Assembly: GCA_038087875.1 (NCBI GenBank) | Contig: CM075993.1 | Location: 3,040,001 to 3,104,000, forward strand | Direction: 5' to 3' | From: Malacoraja senta | Taxonomy: Eukaryota | Length of the DNA stretch: 64,000 nt | Shown: in pieces, positions 52,025-64,000 of the stretch | Position numbering within the stretch: position 1 is the first letter of the stretch | Layout: the number at the start of each line of letters is the position of its first letter | Made by a program: the position numbers and the translations under genes | Notes under the pieces: model-generated | Told to the model about the DNA's origin: nothing | The model's input: only the letters and a program-made list of their open reading frames with translations | Databases searched by the model: none

Positions 52025-53595
52025 CCACAGGGGCCACAGTTTAAGAATAAGGGGGTAACCCATTTAGAACGGAGATGAGGAAAAACTTTTTCCAAAGAGA
52101 GTTGTGAGTCTGTGGAATTCTGTGCCTCAGAGGGCGGTGGAGGCAGGTTCTCTGGATGCTTTCAAGAGAGAGCTAGATAGGGCTCTTAAAAATAGCGGAG
52201 TCAGGGATTATGGGGAGAAGCAGGAACGGGGTACTGATTGGGGATGATCAGCCATGATCAATTGATGGCGGTGCTGGCTCGAGGGGTCGAACGGCCTACT
52301 CCTGCACCTATTCTCTATTGTCTATTAGTAAGATCCCATAAACAGGAATATGATACAGGTTGCAATTAATTGCTGGATAAACATTTGGCAGGGAACATGG
52401 GTAACTTTCCCTTAGAAAGACACAAAAAGCTGGAGTAACTCAGCAGGTCAGACAACTTCTCTGGAGAAAGGAATAGGTGGCGTTTGGGGTCGAGACCCTT
52501 CTATCTTCAGTTTGAACCAGCATCTGCAGTTCCTTCCTACACATTAGTTCCCTGCTGTTTTTACAATGGAGTTTTTGAATCATGTATTGTCTCTCCGCTG
52601 ACCGGTGAGCACGCAACAAAAGCTTTTCACTGTACCTCGGTACGTACAGTAAACTAGTGTTGGGTCACAGACAGCCTGACTGTCTTATGACGTCTCTAGA
52701 CTCTCTTTCTACACAGTACGATCACGCAACCTAATCTCTCTCGACTATTAACCTCTACATACTCTATTAGGACTCTGAAGTCCTTCTAGTCTCTACCTTG
52801 ACTCTCTACATCTATCTGAGCATAGGTTATTTAATTAGCAGGAATTAAATTCAGCAGTTGCCTGGCGGGATTTGAACCGGGATCTCTGGTCTAGACTCGG
52901 GATTACTTGTCCAGTGATATTACTACTCTGCTGCAGAAGGAGATAAGGACTTGGGCATGCCATCCAGGAGAAGCAATTGAATAATTACTTAAATGTACTT
53001 GCGATTCTCTTGTTCTTACTGCTATTCTCCTCAGTAGTTTTCAGCTGCTGGCTCTGGAAGGTGTTATATCTGCTGACAGGTGACACCTCTTATCTGAAAT
53101 TACTCATTTGCAGTTCACAAACCTGCTTGATTTCAGCTTGCACAAAGTCACGGGCTAATTTGAAGGTGTTATTTTAGGCTATTACTGCAGTTCCCCAGCC
53201 GTCGATTAACATGTGGGCAACATGCAATTTTGGAAAGTAATTATACGCTGTGTATCTGTCTGTGGACGGTACAAACCAAAAGGAGTCCTTTTAAAAAAAA
53301 CAAAAACGAACAGGTTTCTCTTGAGCGGGAGTGGTCAATGAGAGGGCGGGAATCCCATTAGTTTAAGAAGGAACTGCAGATGCTGGAAAATCGAAGGTAG
53401 ACAAAAATGCTGGAGAAACTCAGCGGGTGAGGCAGCATCTATGGAGCGAAGGAAATAGGTGACGTTTCGGGTCGAAAAGTCCTGATACGAAATGTCACCT
53501 GGTTTAGTTTTAGAGATACAATGTGGAAACAGCCATTCAGCCATCAAGTCCATGCTGACCATCGATCATTCTATGTTACCCCCCTTTTTGGATCT

Positions 53596-54295
53596 AGAAA
53601 CATAGAAACATAGAAACATAGAAATTAGGTGCAGGAGTAGGCCATTCGGCCCTCGAGCCTACACCGCCATTCAATATGATCATGGCTGATCATCCAACTC
53701 AGTATCCCGTACCTGCCTTCTCTCCATACCCCCTGATCCCTTTAGCCACAAGGGCCACATCTAACTCCCTCTTAAATATAGCCAAAGAGCTGGCCTCGAC
53801 TACCCTCTGTGGCAGAGAGTTCCAGAGATTCACACTCTCTGTGTGTGAAAAAAGTTCTTCTCATCTCGGTTTAAAGGATTTCCCCCTTATCCTTAAGCTG
53901 TGACCCCTTGTCCTGGACTTCCCAACATCGGGAGCAATCTTCCTGCATCTAGCTGTCCAACCCCTTAAGAATTTTGTAAGTTTCTATAAGATTCCCTCTC
54001 AATCTCCTAAATTCTAGAGAGTATAAACCAAGTCTATCCAGTCTTTCTTCATAAGACAGTCCTGACATCCAGGAATCAGTCTGGTGAACCAGGTGTGGTC
54101 TCACCAAGACCCTGTACAACTGCAGTAGAACCTCCCTGCTCCTATACTCAAATCCTTTTGCTATGAAAGCTAACATACCATTCGCTTTCTTCACTGCCTG
54201 CTGCACCTGCATGCCTATTTTCAATGACTGGTGTACCATGACACCCAGGTCTCGCTGCATCTCCCCTTTTCCTAGTCGGCCACCATTTAGATAAT
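53596..54295 (-). mobile_element. CR1-type LINE RT fragment with internal deletion
   Basis: QRDLGVMVHQSLK...KANGMLAFI...LYRVLVRPHL; (tagaaaca)n tail. Confidence 0.85.
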
Positions 54296-55307
54296 TTACA
54301 CACTTTGGGCAATTTTTACAGAAGCCAATTAACCTACAAATCTGCAGAGGGTTTCGGCCCGAAACGTTGCCTATTTCCTTCGCTCCATAGATGCTGCCTC
54401 ACCCAGCTGAGTTTCTCCAGCATTTTTGTCTACCTACAAATCCAGGCGTCTTTCGAATGAGGGAGGATACCGGGACAATGGGAAAAAGCAGGTCACGGGT
54501 GAGAACGTACAAACTGCGTACAGACAAGCACCCGCAGTCAGGATCGAACCTGGGTCTCTGGCGTTGCAAGCAGCAACTCTACCGTTGCGCCACCGTGCCG
54601 CCCTACCTCTGCGTCACGTACACTGACCTAACTCAGGCATACATCATGAGATTCTGAGAATCATGAGGAAAAATAGCTCTTCGTGCTAACGGAATCAAGG
54701 GATATGGGGAGTAAGCAGGAACGGGGTGATCAGCCATGATGGTGGTGCTGGCTCGAAGGGCTGAATGGCCTACTCCTGTACCTATGTTTCGAAAATGGGA
54801 GATCCTATTCCCTGATAAACATTGACAGACATCCGGAGTTTTGTAGCTGTCTGGTAATTCCAGCGTCAATGATGATAGTTTTTAATTCCAGATTTATTTA
54901 ATTGAATTTAAATGGCCCACCACTGCCAATGGTGGGATTGAAGCTTAAATCTTCAGATCATCGGTCTGGCTTTCTCCCTTCCTAATCCCCTAACATACAC
55001 CACCAGGCTACCAGCATCCCTCGTGTCTGACATGATGGAGGATTGGCTTTTCACTTTCTTCATTTTAATAGTTTTAAGTGCTTTAAAATTAATTAAGATT
55101 AGTTCATGAGCCACATTGTATTAATTTTAATTTCTGCAAGAAATTAATGCAAGATCCCCTGCGTTCCAACATGAGGCCAGAGGATTTAATGGAACACGCT
55201 GAAAGAGCTACATAAACATATGGAGATTGGAATTACAAGACCCTTTCGTGAACCATCTTAAGAATCTTTGGGGGGTCACGGATTTTGATTGCAGGGGCCG
55301 AGAGTTA

Positions 55308-55705
55308 AGCCCCTGTCCCACTGCGGCGACCTAATTGGCGAGTTTAGACGAGTTTGCCCTCGACTCATACTCGCAGCATGAGGTCCGAGGAGGTCTTTGT
55401 AACTCTCCTGCATGCTCGAGAGTAGTCCCCGCGTACTCGAGGCCTCAACTAGGTTGCGCCGTATTTTGCAAAATGCCCGCGAGTAAAAAAATGTCGCCAT
55501 GGAAAAAATCGATACTTTTTTTACTCGTAGGTTTAGTAGGTCGGCATGTTGGTCGTAGGTAATCGAGGGGAGTCGAAGGTAGTCGTAGATAGTCTTCATC
55601 ATAGTCGAAGGGAGGTCGAAGGAGGTCGTCTTCACTCTCCTCTATTCGGTGTCCAATTTTCCCCCGAAGTTAGTGGAAGGAAGTCTTCAACATGACACTT
55701 TTTCA
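55308..55705. mobile_element. Harbinger-type MITE, right end missing
   Basis: Left terminus agcccctgtcccactgcggcgaccta after TTA; body matches the 21633 family. Confidence 0.75.
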
Positions 55706-55839
55706 GTTCAGTTGCCTGATAACAGCTGGGAAGAAACTGTCTTGGTTGTTATCAGGCAACTGAATCATCCTACCACAACCAGAGACAGTTGGGAGTGAGA
55801 AAATGACATGAAACCAGTGCAGATCAGATAGATTTTCTA

Positions 55840-56055
55840 CGTTTGCAGATGCTGGAAAATCGAAGGAAGACAATAATGCTGGAGAAACTCAGCGGGTGCA
55901 GCAGCATCTATGGAGCGAAGGAGATAGGCAACGTTTCGGGACGAAACCCTGAAGGAAATAGGCAACGTTTCGGGACGAAACCCGGAAGGGTTTCGTCCCG
56001 AAACGTTGCCTATTTCCTTCGCTCCATAGATGCTGCTGCACCCGCTGAGTTTCTC
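55840..56055. mobile_element. Palindromic Penelope-derived non-autonomous element
   Basis: Same core junction as 2674; exact 15-bp direct repeat cagatagattttcta at 55825-55839 and 56056-56070. Confidence 0.8.
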
Positions 56056-56384
56056 CAGATAGATTTTCTAGCCCTGATTGACAAAGGAACCACATAACAC
56101 AGGCTGGTGAATTTCTCAGCTCCGAGCTAATTGCCAAGTAACAATTTTCTAATCTTGACCCAGCCTAATGACAAATCTTTAAAATAACTCAACCATTCCC
56201 TACCACGCAGTCAGTAGCATTGCTTACTTAATGGAAACTGTTTTGCGGAATGCCATAATTCATTATGTGCTTGTAGAAAGCTGTGTACACCCACTCTCCA
56301 CACTGAAAGAGACACTAATGCGCGCAGGGAGGCAGCATTAATGATCGCTCTCTTGTTATCGCGAGTAAATTTATGTCACAGTTA

Positions 56385-56705
56385 AACCCCTGTCCCACGG
56401 CACGAGTTCATTCCAAGAGCACTCCCGAGTTTGCCCTGATTCGAACTCGGAGATTTACGGCAATGGCCGCTCGTCGGTACTCGGGGCTCTCGTGGACATT
56501 TTTCATCATGTTGAAAAATCTTCACGAGTCTTCCCGTGCTTACCTGCCGTTAGCGAGTCTTCCCGAGTACCTGCCGTTAGCGCTAAGAGACGTCCCCGAG
56601 CTCCGACGTACCCGCTACGTTCATTCTCCGTGCTTACCACGAGTTTGATTTTTTTTAAACTCGGGAGAGCTCTTGGAATGAACTCGTACAAGTGGGACAG
56701 GGTGT
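56385..56705. mobile_element. Harbinger-type MITE
   Basis: Same family as 20351; TTA on both sides. Confidence 0.85.
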
Positions 56706-57161
56706 TTAGTGATGCAAGAGCGGCCATGCGACATAGGACTTTGGCAACTGAATGGCAGATCACCTCATTCTGCAGTTTAAAGCAAGGCTAATCTTGGCAC
56801 TAGATTGCTGGAGTAACCCAGCGGGACAGGCAGCGTCTCTGGAGAGAAGGAATAGGTGACGGTTCGGGTCGGGACCTTTCTCCAGACTGAAACGTCAACC
56901 GTTCCTTCTCTCCAGAGATGCTGCCTGTCCCGCTGAGTTACTCCAGCATTTTCTGTCTATCTTCGATTCAAACCAGCATCTGCAGTTATTTCCTACACAT
57001 CTAATATCGGCACGGTGACGCAGCAGTAGATTGTGGGACGAGAGCACAACACAGTAGATATTGGGACGGTAGCTCAGCGCAGCTATGGTCTGGAGACCCA
57101 GGTTCAATCCTGACTACGGGCGCTGTCTGTACGGAATTGTTAATTCTCCCTGTGACCACGT

Positions 57162-57192
<31 letters not shown>

Positions 57193-57789
57193 ACATTCCA
57201 AAGACGTGCAGGTTTGTATGGTTCTGTAAATTGTCCCTACAATGTCCGATAGAACTAGTGTATAGCCTGGTTGTTGGCAGGTGCAGACTAGATGGGCCGA
57301 AGGGCCTGATCCCATGATGTATATTCCACAACTGTACATCTCCTCCACCTTCTGTCGTGGGGTATTGGGACTCCGCAATCTTTAAACATCCCCAATCCTT
57401 TCCACTCCCCATTTTAATTTCATGTTTCATGTATTTTGTGTTTTTATGAGTTTATCCCTCCTAGGATAAATAAAGTTCTATCCTATCACTTTGTATCGTA
57501 TTGTATCATATCTCTAAGCTAAACTAAACTAAACTTATAAGGACACTTTTCACCTCCTTATCAGATCATCAAGGAGACAAAAAATGCTGGAGAAACTCAG
57601 CGGGTGAGGCAGCATCTATGGAGAGAAGGAATTGGCGACGTTTCGGGTCGACACCCTTCTTCAGTCTGAAGATAGAGCATGCAAACAGGCCCTTCGGCCC
57701 ACCTAGTCCACTCCGACCAGCGATCACCCGCTCATACTAGTTCCAAGTTATCCCACTTCCGTATACACTCCCTATTCGGGGCAATGAAC

Positions 57790-58636
57790 ACAACACAATA
57801 CCGTTTATTATCATTTGGACCTCAAATGAAGTTCAAACAAAATTTGGTTTCTACAGTCATACAACAAGAAAAGAACCAAGACACAACACAATTTACACAA
57901 ACATCCATCACAGTGAATCTCCTCCTCGCTGTGATGGAAGGCAAAGTCTTGTCTCTCCCCTGCACTCCCCATTCTCCTCCCGATGTCAAAGTCAAAGCCC
58001 CCGACGGGCGATGGTAAGTAAGTCCTGCGGCCATTAAAGCCGCGCCGGGCGATGCAAGGCCGTGCTCCGGGTCTTGATGTTGGAGTACCCGGCGGGCGCT
58101 AGCAAGTCCCGCGGCCATTAAAGCCGCGCCGGGCGATGTAAGACCCCGCTCCAGGTCATCTTCAACCCCGCAACTCGGGCGGGAGTAGCTGCCGTTGCGG
58201 GAGCTCCGAAAAGCGGTCTCCCACCAGGGACCCGCGAGCTCCCGATGTCAACGTCCACCAGACCTGCGGCCGGAGCCTCCGAATCTCCGGGGGCCGGGTC
58301 GAAGCCGCGCGCCACCACAGCTCTCCACGCTCCGAACTCGGCCAGCTCCACGATGGTGAGTAAGTCCGCAGGCTCCGCGACTGGAGCCCCAGGTCGTTCC
58401 GGTTTTGAGGCCTCTCCACGGTGCTAGGCCCCAACGACAACGGAGACCCGACAGAGAAAGGTCGGGTCCTCCACACAGGGAAAAGATTTTATAAGTTTCC
58501 CCACCCACCCCCCACACATACCCAGTTAAAAAAAAACACTATACACTACACACTACACTCAAACGAGACAAAAAAAATTTAAAAAGACAGACGGTCTGCA
58601 GAGGCCGCTGCCACGTGGGTCGTGCCGCCTACCGGA
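57790..58636 (-). mobile_element. GC-rich non-autonomous retroelement (copy D) inside a V-SINE
   Basis: Hairpins at 58442-58472 and 57904-57938; tail aatgataataaacggtattg; internal ~40-bp duplication. Confidence 0.65.
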
Positions 58637-59081
58637 CATGAGGCCAAGTAACCTACAACAGAGGCCAAGTAACCTACAAAACCGCACGTCTTTGGGATGT
58701 GGGGGGGAAACCGGAGCACCAGGAGGCAACCCACACGGTCACAGGGAGAACGTGCAAACTCCACAAGGTCATCACCGGAGGTCAGGATCGAACCTGACGT
58801 TGTGAGGCAGCAACTCTACCGCTGCGGGCGGCTCAGTGTCATTGATCCAAGAACACTCAACATCATAGCGTTACTGACCAAGCCAACACCCAAGCCCACT
58901 CTTTGATTTTCAAATCTACTCCAGATCTTTTGAGGCTAAATCATCTGATGGCAGGCTCAACTTTTGATAATTAGTTTAATTGATTTACTAATTATGCACC
59001 AATACAACCGTGCTTTGTTTAATTTGCTGCAGAAATTACGAGTTTGTAGCAATTACAGTCAAATAAGATTCGCCCAAATAA

Positions 59082-59375
59082 CACGGTGGCGCAGCGGTAG
59101 AGTTGCTGCCTTACAGCGTCGGAGACCCGAGTTCGATCCCGACTACGGGTGCTGCCTGTACGGAGTTTGTACTTTCTCCCCGTGACCTGCGTGGGTTTTC
59201 TCCGAGATCTTCGGTTTCCTCCCACACTCCAAAGACGTACAGGTTTGTAGGTTAATTGGCTTGGTATAAGTGTAAATTGTCCCCATTGTGTGTAGGGTAG
59301 TGTTAGTGTGCGGGGATCGCTGGTCGGTGCAGACTCAGTGGGGCGACTGTATTTCTAAAGTAACCTAAACTAAAC
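59082..59375 (+). mobile_element. V-SINE, full length
   Basis: A and B boxes, V-domain, tail. Confidence 0.9.
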
Positions 59376-59900
59376 AACTCTGAATAAAACAAATTATTTT
59401 CAGTATTTCTTTAGGATTTATCTCAATCTTCCCAAACTTGGAGCTACGACAAATTTAACAGCATCGCGCCAGTTACAATATTGTTTCCTGCGTTTCTCAT
59501 CCAGTTAGTTAGTTATTATTGTCCTGTGTTCAATGAAAATCTACTGTTTGCGTGCTATCCGCTCGAAGGAAAGACTATACATGATTCCAATCAAGCCGTC
59601 CACAGTGGACAGATAATGGATAAAGTTTACAACATTTAGTGCAAGATAAAGTCTGATTAAAGATAATAGTTATTCTCATGGACTGGATATCCCAGATGTA
59701 GAAATTCAAAAGATTTTTAACGCTCAGTGTAATGTTATTATTTTTTGCATCTTTCCCAAATATAATGTACGCTGTACATAGACTTCACTTATCAAGGTGC
59801 TGTCTGTACGGAGTTTGTACGTTCTCCCGCTGTAAGACAGCAGCTCTACCACTGCGCCACCATGCCAAGTTACTCCAGCAATTTGTGTCTATCTGCGGTG

Positions 59901-60324
59901 TCTTCTTCTTAGGCCCCCTTTGGTCGTGGCTGCCCATGGGTGTCTCCAGGGTTGGAGGATGCCTGTGCATGACTTTGTTTAACGTGGGGAGACTGGTGCA
60001 CAGACAGCCACCCCATGGTCCTTGACAGATCTGGGTCAGGATCCAGTGGCATGGAGTCCAAGACCACCGGAGACCCTTTTCTGCTGCAGCCTTCGTCCGC
60101 CTTCCCAGCCGTTGTGATGCTCCACTAAGGTCAGCCATCGTCCTCCGCCTGTTCCACCGTTGAGGTCTTGGTTGGATTGGCTCTTTGTCAGAGACCAGAC
60201 CTCCCCCTCGACCTTACCGCCATGGGTGGCCCTACCAGGAGCATGGCTCCAGACGGCATCGCTCTCAGGATCTCAGGACCACACAAGCTTCTCCACCACG
60301 ACAAGGTGACAATCCACGGAGAAG
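59901..60324 (-). mobile_element. RTE-derived non-autonomous element (5' UTR plus short 3' tail)
   Basis: Minus-strand start caccttgtcgtggtgg...agggccaccca resembles RTE/BovB 5' leaders; (aag)n tail; splits a Penelope segment. Confidence 0.65.
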
Positions 60325-60553
60325 TAAACCAGCATAAACCAGCGAAACAGACAGCAGTACTACCTGCCGAATCACCGAGACTCACAACAGGAACATGCGC
60401 CTTTGAATTTAATTTCTACCTGGGCTCCAGTGCACAAGAACTGATGCAATTTAATTTATTTTCCTTCTGGAGCAGAAGAGTCTCGGCAATGACATCAATT
60501 AATCACTGAAGCTCTAATTACAATCCAATTAGCTCTTGCCGCATGTCGGTAAT

Positions 60554-63930
<3,377 letters not shown>

Positions 63931-64000
63931 ATGACTACCTTTCCTCTCTTCTGATTCTCTAATCTTGGATTAGTTTACCTGATTAGCCCAAGGGTCACCT

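Noticed and set aside
55706..55762. Inverted repeat ttcagttgcctgataaca / tgttatcaggcaactgaa as a miRNA-like hairpin
   Set aside because: Both arms are Rex1/Babar LINE sequence in opposite orientation, consistent with a 5'-inverted truncated insertion.

Overview
Vertebrate genomic DNA, very likely from a cartilaginous fish (skate/ray-like), judged from the repeat content. No protein-coding host exon could be supported; the window looks intronic or intergenic and is largely a mosaic of nested mobile elements. These include about 25 tRNA-derived V-SINE (HE1-like) copies, CR1, Rex1/Babar and L1/Tx1 LINE fragments, Penelope-like (GIY-YIG) fragments carrying minimal hammerhead-like motifs, Harbinger-type MITEs with TTA target duplications, one near full-length Passport-like Tc1 transposon, a 200-N gap and a ~3.4 kb pure (CA)n tract. 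The most interesting signals: (1) a palindromic Penelope-derived mini-element that appears to move as a unit, with one derivative carrying ~110 bp of flank copied from a sibling locus 5 kb away; (2) four divergent GC-rich non-coding retroelements sharing two covarying hairpins but carrying different LINE-type tails; (3) a 38-bp palindromic micro-transposon with an 8-bp target duplication; (4) a predicted pseudoknotted leader in an RTE-derived element; (5) repeated Penelope insertion at one site of the CR1 3' UTR. Family names come from recalled motifs, not database searches, and many boundaries are approximate.
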